Source: Candidatus Anstonellaceae archaeon (GTDB taxonomy: Archaea > Micrarchaeota > Micrarchaeia > Anstonellales > Anstonellaceae). From it: a DNA stretch of 64,000 nucleotides. The notes beneath the pieces were generated by a model. The model saw only the letters and a list, made by a program, of their open reading frames with translations, made no database searches and was not told where the DNA came from. Shown here in pieces: positions 38,228-48,435 of this stretch. Each line of letters begins with the position of its first letter. Within the stretch, counting starts at the first letter, position 1. A program made the translations under genes and the position numbers. Location: assembly GCA_038891035.1 (NCBI GenBank), contig JAWAEW010000005.1:1425-65424 (forward strand), in the 5' to 3' direction.

Positions 38228-39034
38228 GATTGCAAGCGAAGCATAAGCCACTACGCTTTCGAAATCACCTGAGGTTTGCCCGGAGTTTGTGTAGTTGAGA
38301 AGCTCGCATTTTTTTGCGCTCGCATATTTTGCATAATGAAGCGCTGCAGCAATAGGTCCATGCCCGCAAATCGAAAGGTTTTCTCTTTCCACTATCTGCT
38401 GAAATCCTGCTTCGTCAAGAGAAAGCAGGAATTTGATTGCTTTCATGTCTTTGTTTTCTGCAATCTTTGCAGGCTCATAATGCGTAAAATCTGAGGAGGC
38501 AACCACTAGGATGTCTCTTTTTGTTTTTTTTGCAGCCTCAAAAATTGCCCGTCCTAAATCCTGCGATGAGGGCAAATCCTGCCAACCCATGCAGATACTT
38601 ACGATCTTCGAGGAAGAAGAGCAAAGCTGCAAGAAAGGAATCTGCACTTCGCAGGAATGCTCATAAAAATGCGCCTGCTCGTCTTTGCGTGCGATTTTGC
38701 TGCAGGAAACGATCGCCTGCGCAAGCTCCAGGTCGCAGCCTACAACCCCAAGCGGGGTCTGCCAATCCTCAAAAGAGACGGAAATAGGAAGCCCAAGGCC
38801 TGTGTGGTTTGGGCCAATGATTACAACTGAGAGGTTCTTTTTGGACCAATTAGAGCAAGCAGCGTAAGAATAAGCAGCACACCTGCCAGAATAGATATAG
38901 CCTGCATGCGGAGAAATGATTGCGATGCGTTGTGAAGGTTTAACTTCAGCCTCCTCAAGAAAGTTTTTCACCATTTGCCTCAGCTGGTGTGCGGAGGATG
39001 GATAAAAGCTTCCTGCAACAGCTGGATGCCTCAT
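38222..39034 (-). CDS. MEMO1-family protein (AmmeMemoRadiSam system protein B-like)
   Basis: AGSFYP N-terminus and IISPHAGYIYSG are typical of Memo-like dioxygenase-fold proteins. Confidence 0.7.
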   Translation of the reverse strand: MRHPAVAGSFYPSSAHQLRQMVKNFLEEAEVKPSQRIAIISPHAGYIYSGRCAAYSYAACSNWSKKNLSVVIIGPNHTGLGLPISVSFEDWQTPLGVVGCDLELAQAIVSCSKIARKDEQAHFYEHSCEVQIPFLQLCSSSSKIVSICMGWQDLPSSQDLGRAIFEAAKKTKRDILVVASSDFTHYEPAKIAENKDMKAIKFLLSLDEAGFQQIVERENLSICGHGPIAAALHYAKYASAKKCELLNYTNSGQTSGDFESVVAYASLAIS

Positions 39035-39085
39035 AAGAATAATTGGAATCGCTAAATTTATAAGTTTCAGACAAGAAAGGCAAGC

Positions 39086-39814
39086 ATGGCAGAAAATATC
39101 CTTTCTTATTCGCTTAAGGCATATTTGGAGAATATCAAGCTCATATCGCTTTTTTCTATCCCTGCCTTAATTGCATTTCTTATCCCTATTTTAGTCAACA
39201 CTCCGGTTTTCATTGCACTTGGCGGAAGCTTCCTTAGGACAGGTAGCATACCAGACATGAGCGCGTATGAAATCGCTTTTGTGATTTTTGCGCTTCTTGC
39301 AAGCCTTTATTTGATTTCATTTGCGATAGTCAACATTAATATCGTGATAAAAAGCCAGCGCACAAAAACCAGCATAAAAAACGAGGTGCTGAAAGGCATC
39401 ACTGGACACACATTGAATGTCTTTTTGCTTTTCTTGCTTGGCAGCATTATGCTTTTGATAATTCAGCTCTTGACATTTGAAATTGGGGCGCAAAGCTGGC
39501 TTTCGCCTATGCTTTCGCTTGTGGTATGGATGCCACTTTTTTATGCACCTGCAGCTCTTGTAATAGATGAGCTTCGCCCATTTAGGGCAGCTGAGAAGTC
39601 TTTCAACATGATTTTCAGCAAATTCCACTATTTTCTGCTTTGGAACATAATTGGGATTACTTTGCTTTCTTTGGTTAATGTGATATTTTTGAGTATGCTT
39701 CCGCACAAATTGGGCTCGCTTGTAGTTTTAGTGATAAACTCCTTGGTAGTTATGCCGTTTTTGGTGGTGTTGCAGACTCAGATGTACCTAAGCAAGTACA
39801 CTATATTGGATTGA
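39086..39814 (+). CDS. Hypothetical polytopic membrane protein
   Basis: About 6 hydrophobic helices. No motif recognised. Confidence 0.45.
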   Translation: MAENILSYSLKAYLENIKLISLFSIPALIAFLIPILVNTPVFIALGGSFLRTGSIPDMSAYEIAFVIFALLASLYLISFAIVNINIVIKSQRTKTSIKNEVLKGITGHTLNVFLLFLLGSIMLLIIQLLTFEIGAQSWLSPMLSLVVWMPLFYAPAALVIDELRPFRAAEKSFNMIFSKFHYFLLWNIIGITLLSLVNVIFLSMLPHKLGSLVVLVINSLVVMPFLVVLQTQMYLSKYTILD

Positions 39815-40087
39815 CTACTTAAGCAAAGTAGAGGATTGCTCTGCGATTAGATTGGCAGCACCGGTTATTGCAGCAACCACTATTCCACCTGTAATCAAGG
39901 CATAAGCAGTAGTAATGAATTTGCCTCGCTGGTCTGCAGGCTGTATTTGAGCAAACCCGTACGAAAGGCCGCCAAGCACAATAAGTATCACAGAGATTAT
40001 CGGTCCTATATCAAGAAGTGCCCCTTCAATACCAGCTAAAGTCTCAACAAGCGACATTTTCATTCCTCCCAGCAGATTCTCCAACAC
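39815..40087 (-). CDS. Small membrane protein (2 TM, hypothetical)
   Basis: Hydrophobic ORF. Confidence 0.35.
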   Translation of the reverse strand: MLENLLGGMKMSLVETLAGIEGALLDIGPIISVILIVLGGLSYGFAQIQPADQRGKFITTAYALITGGIVVAAITGAANLIAEQSSTLLK

Positions 40088-40166
40088 TGAAATATAAAAT
40101 CATGACGTCACATGCCAAATCCTTTTATATATTTTTCCATTTTTATACCTGCCAAGAGGTGTGCTT

Positions 40167-40283
40167 ATGGCAAGCCCGTACAAATTTCCGATTTACCGTA
40201 TAGACGAAGAAGAGGAGGAGGAAGAGGAAGAAGACGAAGACGAAGATTTTGATGAGGATTGGGAGGAGGAAGAAGAGGAATAA
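40167..40283 (+). CDS. Micro-ORF encoding a 38-aa protein with an extreme poly-acidic tail (MASPYKFPIYRIDEEEEEEEEEDEDEDFDEDWEEEEEE)
   Basis: ATG preceded by AGAGGTG SD and an AT-rich TATA-like sequence (TTTTATATATTTTT). Below the ORF-track length cut-off. Confidence 0.3.
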   Translation: MASPYKFPIYRIDEEEEEEEEEDEDEDFDEDWEEEEEE

Positions 40284-40334
40284 GTCTGCTTTTTTGAGTG
40301 GCATCCTAGTCTGGATTGATTTAAATATGCTTGG

Positions 40335-40622
40335 ATGCCACTTCTTTTTATGGCCAGCGTGGAGGAGGAGATAGTACATTGGTGGAAAGATGAAAAAGGA
40401 GAATCTCACAGAAATGTGCTTAGGATAGAGTCCGAGCCTGCTTGTGAGTATGGTGGCTTTCCGCGCGACGGCATAATTACTTTGAGGATAATGAACAGTG
40501 CATCTCAACAGGCGATAAAGCTTTCTCCTGAAGAAGCACTGCGCATTAGCACCCAGCTACTGGCAGTAGCAAAAGACCTTTTGAACCAAAAAAGACAGCT
40601 TTGGAACCACCACGATGATTAA
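40335..40622 (+). CDS. Hypothetical protein
   Basis: ORF only. Confidence 0.3.
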   Translation: MPLLFMASVEEEIVHWWKDEKGESHRNVLRIESEPACEYGGFPRDGIITLRIMNSASQQAIKLSPEEALRISTQLLAVAKDLLNQKRQLWNHHDD

Positions 40623-40692
40623 AGAATGGCAATGGGTCTTCTAATGTTGGGCGTAGCTAATTTTATAAGTCAATTCAAGCAAATCTACTGCA

Positions 40693-41865
40693 ATGGAAAC
40701 TTTTGATATAGCTATAATAGGTGCTGGCCCCGGAGGCACTTATGCTGCGTATTGGGCTGCAAAGCTTGGCTGCAGTGTTGCAGTATTTGAAGAGCACGAA
40801 AAGGTTGGTGAACCGGTACACTGTGGGGAATGTCTTTCCAAGCTTGCAGCAGAAAGGCTGGGCCTTCAGCTTCCGCAGGAAGCAATCTCCTGCGAGGTGG
40901 AAGGAATCAAAGTCATATGGCCAAGCAGAGGCTTTTCATTCATTAAGGAACCAGGATACACACTTGAAAAGGACAAGTTCGAACAATATCTTGCAAAGCT
41001 TGGAAGCGAAATGGGCGCATCTTATTTTATGAGGCATCGGGTAACTGGACTCAAAAGACAGGACAATTGGCAAATAGCAACTACGAAGGGAGAGTACGGC
41101 GCAAAAATAGTTATTGATGCATCTGGAGTATCTGCAGTGGCTTCAAATCTTCTTAAGCTTAATCCTCCCATGAAAACTGTAATTGGGCTGCAATATGAGC
41201 TTTCTGATATTGACTTCGGAGGATTTGTTGAATTTTTCCTTTGGCCTTCCTTTGCGCCACACGGATATCTGTGGATAATACCAAAAAGCAGTAGAAGGGC
41301 AAATGTTGGATTGGTGACTGATGACCTGCCCAACACAAGAAGTCGGCTCGAGAAATTTGTTTCAGAATATGGTCTTGCTCAGAAAAGCAAAGTGGGGAGG
41401 ATCGCCTTCGGAGGTAAAATTCCTGCTTCAGGGCCAGTACCCAAGACTTACGATGATGGTTTGCTTTTGGTTGGAGATGCTGCTGGCTTTACTTCGCCAA
41501 TGTTTGAGGGCGGCACCGCACTTGCAATGACTTCAGGCAAATTTGCAGCAGAAGTGGCATCGCAAGCAATAACGAAAGGAGATATCGGCAAGGCTTTCCT
41601 TTCGAAGTACGAAATGCTGTGGAAAGCCGAATTTCCGGATTACTCTGCCCTTCTGAATGGGAAAGAAGCAGCTTACAGATACAGCGATGGTGAATGGAAC
41701 AAAATCGGCATGCTGATACCGCAAGATTTGACTGATCTTTCTGCTTTGCAAAAGCTTGCAATTGGTGCAAAGGTGCTCTTTCAAGCACCAGGAATTTTCT
41801 TTAAAGGCTTCGTTCCTGCTATGGAAGCCCTCGGAAAGTCGCGCGCAAAATATTACGGCTGGTAA
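40693..41865 (+). CDS. Geranylgeranyl reductase family FAD-dependent oxidoreductase
   Basis: FDIAIIGAGPGG Rossmann motif. GDAAG. GGR-family length. Confidence 0.85.
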   Translation: METFDIAIIGAGPGGTYAAYWAAKLGCSVAVFEEHEKVGEPVHCGECLSKLAAERLGLQLPQEAISCEVEGIKVIWPSRGFSFIKEPGYTLEKDKFEQYLAKLGSEMGASYFMRHRVTGLKRQDNWQIATTKGEYGAKIVIDASGVSAVASNLLKLNPPMKTVIGLQYELSDIDFGGFVEFFLWPSFAPHGYLWIIPKSSRRANVGLVTDDLPNTRSRLEKFVSEYGLAQKSKVGRIAFGGKIPASGPVPKTYDDGLLLVGDAAGFTSPMFEGGTALAMTSGKFAAEVASQAITKGDIGKAFLSKYEMLWKAEFPDYSALLNGKEAAYRYSDGEWNKIGMLIPQDLTDLSALQKLAIGAKVLFQAPGIFFKGFVPAMEALGKSRAKYYGW

Positions 41866-41937
41866 CGCTGTCTTCTTTGTGCTTTAATTGGCTTGCCTTA
41901 CACACTTTTATATTATTTATAGGAGAAAGGTAGCTTT

Positions 41938-43248
41938 ATGGAGGCACTTGAAACTGACTTTTCCAAGATAGGCATTATACTTTCAGGGCTTTTGAATGAC
42001 AAAAAAGTAAAAATTCGTGGGTGGGTTCATCGAAGCAGGACCTCTGGCGGTGTGTGTTTTTTGGTAATTAGAGATTCGACAGGAATTATTCAGTGTGCCA
42101 TCAAAAAGGATGTGGTTGGAGAAGACAGCTTCAAGCAGGCCACTGAAGCTTATTTGGAATCCAGCATTATGGTTGAAGGGATGGTCCGACAGGATGCGCG
42201 AGCTCCTGGAGGATATGAGATCTCTGCGACCCAGGTCAGGCTGATTGGAAAAGGAGAACCTTTTCCAATTTCAAAGGACCAATCAGTTGAGTTTTTACTG
42301 GATAAGCGGCACCTTTGGCTGAGAAGCCAAAGACTTACTGCAATAATGAAAGCAAGGCACAAAATAGTTTTTTATCTGAGGGAATTCCTTGAGAAAGAAG
42401 GATTTTGGGAACTTGCACCACCGATAATTACTGGAGCTGCTTGTGAAGGCGGAGCCACTCTTTTTGAGCTGAATTATTTTGGACAAAAGGCCTTTCTTAC
42501 CCAAAGCAGCCAGCTTTATGCAGAAGTATTCACCACTGCTCTTGAGAGAGTATATGTTTTTGCGCCATCCTTTCGGGCTGAGCCCTCTCGCACAGTAAGG
42601 CATTTGTGCGAATATTGGCATCTTGAGCCTGAGATGGCGTTTTACAACCAAAAAATGAATATGGAACTTCAGGAAAGGATGATTGAGTATGTTGCACAAA
42701 AAATGGCAGACAACCATACTGATTTACTTATTTTTTTGGGAAGGGAGCCTGAGAAGCTTAAGGCTGTGAGAGCACCATTTAAGAGAATGACATATGAGGA
42801 AGCAATTGATCTTGCTGCAAGCAAAGGGGCAAACATAAAAAGTGGGCAGGATCTGGGCGCAGATGAGGAGGCCTTACTCACAGAAGGAGAAGATAAGCCG
42901 ATTTTTGTTACAAACTTCCCTGCCAAAATAAAAGCCTTCTATATGAGGGAAGACCCACAAAATCCTGGCACTGTGCTGAATGCAGATATGCTTGCACCAG
43001 AGGGGCATGGAGAGATAATCGGCGGTTCTGAAAGAATTTGGGAGTATGATGAGCTGATGCGCAAAATAAAGGAGAATAATCTTAATCCGAGAGAGTATGA
43101 ATGGTACATTGATTTGAGGAAATATGGTCCGGTTCCGCACTCTGGATTTGGGCTTGGGATTGAGCGGTTGGTCAAGTGGCTGCTTGATTTAGACCATATA
43201 AGGGATGCTATCCCATTCCCACGAACTATAAATAGGGTGTATCCATGA
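41938..43248 (+). CDS. aspS: Aspartyl-tRNA synthetase (archaeal class IIb; Asn/Asp family)
   Basis: N-terminal OB anticodon-binding domain. Class II motifs (FRAE...R, QSSQLY, GFGLGIERLVKWLL...PFPR). Confidence 0.85.
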   Translation: MEALETDFSKIGIILSGLLNDKKVKIRGWVHRSRTSGGVCFLVIRDSTGIIQCAIKKDVVGEDSFKQATEAYLESSIMVEGMVRQDARAPGGYEISATQVRLIGKGEPFPISKDQSVEFLLDKRHLWLRSQRLTAIMKARHKIVFYLREFLEKEGFWELAPPIITGAACEGGATLFELNYFGQKAFLTQSSQLYAEVFTTALERVYVFAPSFRAEPSRTVRHLCEYWHLEPEMAFYNQKMNMELQERMIEYVAQKMADNHTDLLIFLGREPEKLKAVRAPFKRMTYEEAIDLAASKGANIKSGQDLGADEEALLTEGEDKPIFVTNFPAKIKAFYMREDPQNPGTVLNADMLAPEGHGEIIGGSERIWEYDELMRKIKENNLNPREYEWYIDLRKYGPVPHSGFGLGIERLVKWLLDLDHIRDAIPFPRTINRVYP

Positions 43249-43790
43249 ATGCGCGCCAGCTTTATTTGTGGTGTGTTGAAAACAACGGCCTTTCAGACCA
43301 TGATATGGAAAAATTAAGCCCAAATCAAAGAAAGCTGCTAAGTAGAGGGGAAAATGGTAAATTTTGGCTTTCAAGAAAAGAAAGGGAAAAATTCACAGTG
43401 GCTCTTACTGGTGGTGCATTTGATCTTTTGCATATGGGCCACATCATTACTTTGAGAGAAGCAAAAAAGCAGGCTGATTTGCTTGTGGTTGTGGTTGCCA
43501 CTGATGAACGCGTGAGGGAACTGAAAAAAAGGCCGCCGATACACAATTGTGAGTACCGCACTCAGATGGTTTCTGCGATAAGATGGGTGGATTTGGCAAT
43601 TCAAGGCTCGCATGATATAATGGAAACCTTTTATCGGGTAAGGCCAGATGTGGTTGTGTTTGGCTACGACCAGCAGCCCATGAAGCTTCCTGTCCCAGTA
43701 AAAATAGTGCATCTAAAAGATGTTGTATTTGATGAAAAGCTTGCAAAGACCAGCAGGCTCCTCAGCCAGCTTGGCTTGGGTAAGGATTAA
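43245..43790 (+). CDS. Cytidylyltransferase-family protein, RibL-like (archaeal FAD synthetase)
   Basis: ALTGGAFDLLHMGHI nucleotidyltransferase HxGH motif. VVVATDERV. Confidence 0.7.
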   Translation: MNARQLYLWCVENNGLSDHDMEKLSPNQRKLLSRGENGKFWLSRKEREKFTVALTGGAFDLLHMGHIITLREAKKQADLLVVVVATDERVRELKKRPPIHNCEYRTQMVSAIRWVDLAIQGSHDIMETFYRVRPDVVVFGYDQQPMKLPVPVKIVHLKDVVFDEKLAKTSRLLSQLGLGKD

Positions 43791-43830
43791 AAAACATTAT
43801 CACGAATTAGAGGCAGTGGGGATTGAGAAG

Positions 43831-44193
43831 GTGACGCACTCAGCTAACACCAACATCCATCACAATATTTCTAATTCTGCTGATGATTTTACCAATGCGA
43901 TAAAGATGCTTAAGGAAGCTGAAAAAGTAGCAGCAGAAAAAGTGCAGCAGGCGATGAAAGAGGCGAGCCAGATCGAGGCGCAGGCGCGTGAAAAGGCAGT
44001 TGAAATTTCCTCGCGGAATGCCGAAAAAATTGTTCAGGCAAAAAATGAAATCCTGGCAGAAGGAAGGGCAAAGACAGAGCGCGAAATTCGAGAAATAATT
44101 GGAGAAGCAAACAGGTATGCGGGCAGAATCAGGGCAAAAAAGCTGGATGCACAAGAAGCAAAGGCTCTTGCAGCGCAAATTTTAGAAGGTTGA
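43831..44193 (+). CDS. atpH: A-type ATP synthase subunit H
   Basis: Ala/Glu/Lys-rich helical protein of ~120 aa at the head of the atp operon. GTG start assumed. The ORF-track N-terminus overlaps the previous gene. Confidence 0.55.
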   Translation: MTHSANTNIHHNISNSADDFTNAIKMLKEAEKVAAEKVQQAMKEASQIEAQAREKAVEISSRNAEKIVQAKNEILAEGRAKTEREIREIIGEANRYAGRIRAKKLDAQEAKALAAQILEG

Positions 44194-44197
44194 TAGG

Positions 44198-46096
44198 ATG
44201 CTTAGGCCAGTAAGAATGCGGAAAGTCAGGCTAATCTGTATAAAATCGGTTGCTTCGAATCTAATAAAGGAATTGCACCAGCTTTCTGTTGTCCACATTA
44301 AGGATGCAGAGCTTCCGCAGACATTCAAAACAGGCCCACTTGCAACATATGACGAAATCTCCTCGCGTTTAATTCGCATAAGGTCTTTGAAAGAGATGCT
44401 TCAGAATGTATATCATATTCAGCCACCAAAAAAGAAAATCACATTTGAAAAACTCATAAAGCAGGCAGATGAGCTTTTGGGCCAGGAAAGCACATTGCAG
44501 GAGATCCTTCAGCAACAGCAGCAAGCATTGGAGCAGCTTGAAGCTATTTCAGCATCAAAACATGCTCTCTCCGACATCGCAAATCTGAATGTTGATTTTT
44601 CTGAGCTTTACTCAGAAAGCCTGCAGTTTGTTTTGCTTAAGGCAACCAAAGAGCAGGCAAGCAGGCTCGTGAAGCTGTTTTCGGAGAGGCAAAATTGCCA
44701 ACTTCTATCCGCACCTTGCAAAGATGGACATGAAATTGTTCTTGTTGCACTCCAAAAATCTGATGACCCAAGGTTTTTGGAAAAATTTGGTTCGCTTCTG
44801 CAGCTTCCTCAGATTGAAGGCAGACCTGCGCAGCAGCTAAAGCAGCTTGAGCAAAAGGAAAATGAAGTCAAAAAAGCGCTGGAACAGGCAAATACCAAGC
44901 TTGCAAAATTTGCACAAAAATACGGCCCGCTTCTGATTGCTGCGCAGGAGGCATTGGAAATAGAGGCAGACCGCGCGCGAATTGCTTCATTTTTTTCTGC
45001 TACGGATACCCTTTACATAATCGAAGGATGGGTGGAAAAGAAGAAGATGGATTTGTTGAAAACCAAGATTGAAGAAAAATTTGGCAAAAAAGTGCTTATA
45101 ACTGAGGCAAAAGTAGACGAACATCATGAAACTCCCCCCACGTTGCTTTCCAATCCAAAGCCTATTCGCCCTTTTCAATTTATTGTTGAATTCCTTTCTA
45201 CCACTCATTATAATGAGATAGACCCAAGCCCTCTGCTTGCACTTTTCATCCCTATTTTGTATGCAATGATATTAGGTGATGCAGGTTATGCAATAATATC
45301 GTTCATGCTCTCATCTTATCTTGTAATTATTTCAAAGCGAGGAAGCCTTTTGAGGCAGGTTTCAAGAATCTGGCAAATATCCTCAATTCCTGCTTTCTTG
45401 TTTGGGGCTGCATTTGATGAATGGTTTGGATTCACGCATGCTGCGTTTTTTGAAAAGATTGGGTTTGGCAAAGTGAGCTTTTATTCTGCTTTGCTTCATC
45501 GAGTTCACCAAATTGAAACACTTATCTTGCTGGTAATAATAGTTGGAGCAATCCATCTTGGCATAGGATTTTTGCTTGGCGCAATAAATGAATTTGGGCA
45601 TTCTCGCAAGCATGCAATTGCAAAGCTTGCTTGGCTGGGAATAGAAATAGGTGGGTTTTTTTCAGTTGCTGGGCTGATGTTTGGCACATTTCCGGAATTG
45701 ACTGCGCCTGCCTTGGCTTTACTTGTAATTTCAGCTACTGTAATGATTTTGAGTGAAGGATTTATTGGGGCTTTTGAAATACCTGGCCTTGCTTCAAATA
45801 TAATGTCTTATATCCGTATTGCTGCAGTTGGGGTTGGGGGAGTGATACTTGCAGAAGCAATAAATGAGCTTCTGTTTCCAAAGTGGGATTTCAGTCTAGG
45901 TGGCATAATTGCCTTTGTAATTGGGATGGTCGCCTATCTTGGAGTTCACCTTCTGTCTTGTATAATTGCAATGTTTGAATCATTCATACATGGGACAAGG
46001 CTTAATGTAGTGGAGTTCTTCGGGAAGTTTTACAAAGGCAACGGAATAAAGTTTTCTCCGTTCTCGCTTACTAGGCTTTATAGCCGTGAAATTTGA
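44198..46096 (+). CDS. atpI: A-type ATP synthase subunit I (membrane a-subunit homologue)
   Basis: Cytoplasmic coiled-coil N-domain plus C-terminal polytopic membrane domain. Confidence 0.85.
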   Translation: MLRPVRMRKVRLICIKSVASNLIKELHQLSVVHIKDAELPQTFKTGPLATYDEISSRLIRIRSLKEMLQNVYHIQPPKKKITFEKLIKQADELLGQESTLQEILQQQQQALEQLEAISASKHALSDIANLNVDFSELYSESLQFVLLKATKEQASRLVKLFSERQNCQLLSAPCKDGHEIVLVALQKSDDPRFLEKFGSLLQLPQIEGRPAQQLKQLEQKENEVKKALEQANTKLAKFAQKYGPLLIAAQEALEIEADRARIASFFSATDTLYIIEGWVEKKKMDLLKTKIEEKFGKKVLITEAKVDEHHETPPTLLSNPKPIRPFQFIVEFLSTTHYNEIDPSPLLALFIPILYAMILGDAGYAIISFMLSSYLVIISKRGSLLRQVSRIWQISSIPAFLFGAAFDEWFGFTHAAFFEKIGFGKVSFYSALLHRVHQIETLILLVIIVGAIHLGIGFLLGAINEFGHSRKHAIAKLAWLGIEIGGFFSVAGLMFGTFPELTAPALALLVISATVMILSEGFIGAFEIPGLASNIMSYIRIAAVGVGGVILAEAINELLFPKWDFSLGGIIAFVIGMVAYLGVHLLSCIIAMFESFIHGTRLNVVEFFGKFYKGNGIKFSPFSLTRLYSREI

Positions 46097-46136
46097 TGCT
46101 AATCCGGGCTTGCTGCCCGGCCAGAGAGGTGTAAAT

Positions 46137-46379
46137 ATGGTATTGTTGGAAAACACAGGTGCGCTTGGAATTGCAGCCGCTTTGTCCATGGTAGGGGGGG
46201 CTCTTGGAACCGCATGGGCGCAGGCATCCATAGGATCTTCTATCATGGGGGTGCTTGCAGAAAAGCCGGAAGAAGCATTCAAGCTCATAGTATATATTGC
46301 GCTTCCTGAGCTGATAGTGCTTCTTGGTTTCGTCATAGCATTCCTGCTGGTAGGCAAGATCGAAGGAGTAGCGCACTAA
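46137..46379 (+). CDS. atpK: A-type ATP synthase subunit K (proteolipid, one hairpin)
   Basis: GALGTAWAQ. Conserved Glu in the second helix (IALPELIVLLGF). Confidence 0.8.
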   Translation: MVLLENTGALGIAAALSMVGGALGTAWAQASIGSSIMGVLAEKPEEAFKLIVYIALPELIVLLGFVIAFLLVGKIEGVAH

Positions 46380-46390
46380 GGAGGCTTCAG

Positions 46391-46951
46391 ATGGGATTTG
46401 AAGAGCTTGCACAGCAAATTCAAAAAAACGCAGAAGCTGAAGGCAGGAGAATAATCCATACTGCACAAAAGAACGCAGAAAAAATAGTTGAAGCTGCCTC
46501 CAAAAATGCAGATGAAAACCTCAAGAAGGCAAAAGCTGAGGCGGCAGCCTTAGTGAAGCAGGAGCACGCAGAAAGAGTTACTTCAGCAAAGCTTGCGGCA
46601 AAAAAGATAATAAGCGAAGCAAAGGATGATGCTGTAGAGGCAGCTGTTCAAGAAGTGTGGAAAGAATTTGTTGCTACTGCAACAAAAAAATCCACCTACC
46701 CTTCGCTGCTTGCAAAGCTTGTGCAAGAAGGACTTAAGGAGCTTGGCACAAAGGAAGCAGTTCTTTATGTAAGAGATGAAGATCGCTATTTAGTTTCAGG
46801 CTATCAGCTTGCTAAGCTTCCTTCTGAGTACGCTGGCGGCGTGATTGTAGAGTCAACGGACGGCAAAGTGAGGGTAAACAAGACCTTAGATGAGATATTT
46901 TTGAGAAAGAAGGACTGGTTGCGTAAGCAAATATACGAGAAGCTTTTCTGA
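46391..46951 (+). CDS. atpE: A-type ATP synthase subunit E
   Basis: Operon position, length, helical N-terminus. Confidence 0.75.
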   Translation: MGFEELAQQIQKNAEAEGRRIIHTAQKNAEKIVEAASKNADENLKKAKAEAAALVKQEHAERVTSAKLAAKKIISEAKDDAVEAAVQEVWKEFVATATKKSTYPSLLAKLVQEGLKELGTKEAVLYVRDEDRYLVSGYQLAKLPSEYAGGVIVESTDGKVRVNKTLDEIFLRKKDWLRKQIYEKLF

Positions 46952-46960
46952 GGGGGGTAG

Positions 46961-48109
46961 ATGCTGAAGCTTTGGAAATTTGCCGACAGTATTTGCCGGA
47001 GGCTTGCCTTCAAGCCTCTCATCTACGGTTATGCAAACGCACGCGTTCGGGCAATGCGTACTGCCTTACTTAGCCGCAGGCAGGCAGAAGAGCTCATCAG
47101 AATAAAGACGAATGCTGGGATAGCAGAATATCTAACTAGAACTCCTTATAAAGAAGACTTTGCCGGGATACCTCCAGGTATAAATGATGAAGAAAGGATT
47201 GAAATTGCAGTTTCAAAAAATTTTGCAAGAGTTGCGCAAAAGCTTCTGCGCATTACCCCAAAACAAGCAAAGCCTCTAATGCTTGCTTTGCTTGGAAGAT
47301 ACGACGTGCACAATATAAAGACCATATTGCTTGCAAGAAAGCTTGGAAAATCCAGGCAGGAGACTGAGATGCTTCTTTTGCCTGCAGGAAGCATAAAGGC
47401 ACACGAACTCGAAAGAATGATGTCTGCGAAAAATGCAGATGAGCTTTATGATGCCATAAAAAGCACACATTTTGGCAAGAAATTTCTGGCGTCCGAATTC
47501 AGCAAACATTTGACAAAAGCGCAAATCCAGCATGCTTTGCAGGCACAAGAGGGTATGTTGGAGCTGCTTCTTTCGGCAATTGATTCATACCATTATTCTG
47601 TAGTGTCATCTGAAATTGTGCCGGAGGATAATGATTCAAAGGTGGTGCTTGAACTAGTGCAAAAGGAGGCAGATGCAAAAAACATAATGACAATAATGAG
47701 GCTCAAGCAAGGCAAAGCAGACAAACAAGAGATTCCTAAGATGATGGTTTGGGGAGGAAGCCTGCCACCAAAGCAGCTTGAAAAAATGATTGCAGCAAAG
47801 GATGTATTAGAGGTTGCAATGCTTGCGGCAGATTTTTTTGCTTCACACACAGGAAAGGAAGAGTTTGAAAAGACGCAAAAAAAATATGAGCAGGATCACA
47901 GGCTTTCCCACTTTGAGGTGGCATTTGAAAGCTCGCTTGCACGAAAAAGCCTGAGAGCTCTTCGAAGAAGCATGATGTCGGTTGGAACTATCGCCGGTTT
48001 CCTGTTCCTAAAAGAAGAGGAGATGAACAACATACGCAAGATTGTAAGAGGTAAGGCACTTGGGCTTTCTGCTGACCAGATAGCACAAATGCTTGTATTG
48101 GTGGAATAA
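46961..48109 (+). CDS. atpC: A-type ATP synthase subunit C
   Basis: Operon position, ~380 aa helical protein. Confidence 0.8.
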   Translation: MLKLWKFADSICRRLAFKPLIYGYANARVRAMRTALLSRRQAEELIRIKTNAGIAEYLTRTPYKEDFAGIPPGINDEERIEIAVSKNFARVAQKLLRITPKQAKPLMLALLGRYDVHNIKTILLARKLGKSRQETEMLLLPAGSIKAHELERMMSAKNADELYDAIKSTHFGKKFLASEFSKHLTKAQIQHALQAQEGMLELLLSAIDSYHYSVVSSEIVPEDNDSKVVLELVQKEADAKNIMTIMRLKQGKADKQEIPKMMVWGGSLPPKQLEKMIAAKDVLEVAMLAADFFASHTGKEEFEKTQKKYEQDHRLSHFEVAFESSLARKSLRALRRSMMSVGTIAGFLFLKEEEMNNIRKIVRGKALGLSADQIAQMLVLVE

Positions 48110-48432
48110 TGAAGGAAAAGATTGCAGTGATTGCAGATTCTGCCACATGCGCAGGTTTTCGGCTGGCAGGGGCAGAACATACGTTTGCTTTGGCGGGAAA
48201 GGAGGCAGAAGAGAAGCTTTCCCAGCTTTTAGCTGATCCAAGCTTCGGAATAATTATTGTGACAGAAAAGTTGCTTGAGGGCTGTGACTGGAGACTAAAA
48301 AAGAAGGTGGAAGCGACCGCCAAGCCTATTGTAGTGCCAATTCCAGATGCACAAGGCCCAATAGAGCAATCAGAATCGCTTTCTGTTCTTATAAAAAGAG
48401 CCTTAGGTTTGGATTTAAGCAAAAAGAAGTGA
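48109..48432 (+). CDS. atpF: A-type ATP synthase subunit F
   Basis: MKEKIAVIADSATCAGFRLAGAEH is typical of AtpF. Confidence 0.8.
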   Translation: MKEKIAVIADSATCAGFRLAGAEHTFALAGKEAEEKLSQLLADPSFGIIIVTEKLLEGCDWRLKKKVEATAKPIVVPIPDAQGPIEQSESLSVLIKRALGLDLSKKK

Positions 48433-48435
48433 GGG

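Noticed and set aside
40200-40285. GAA/GAG/GAC repeat tract considered as a possible CRISPR or microsatellite
   Set aside because: No repeat-spacer periodicity. It is an in-frame coding tract of the micro-ORF.
40143-40508. 121-aa minus-strand ORF rich in Phe/Leu
   Set aside because: Antisense translation of the GAA/GAG purine tract (poly-Phe/Leu). Judged an artefact of the low-complexity DNA.
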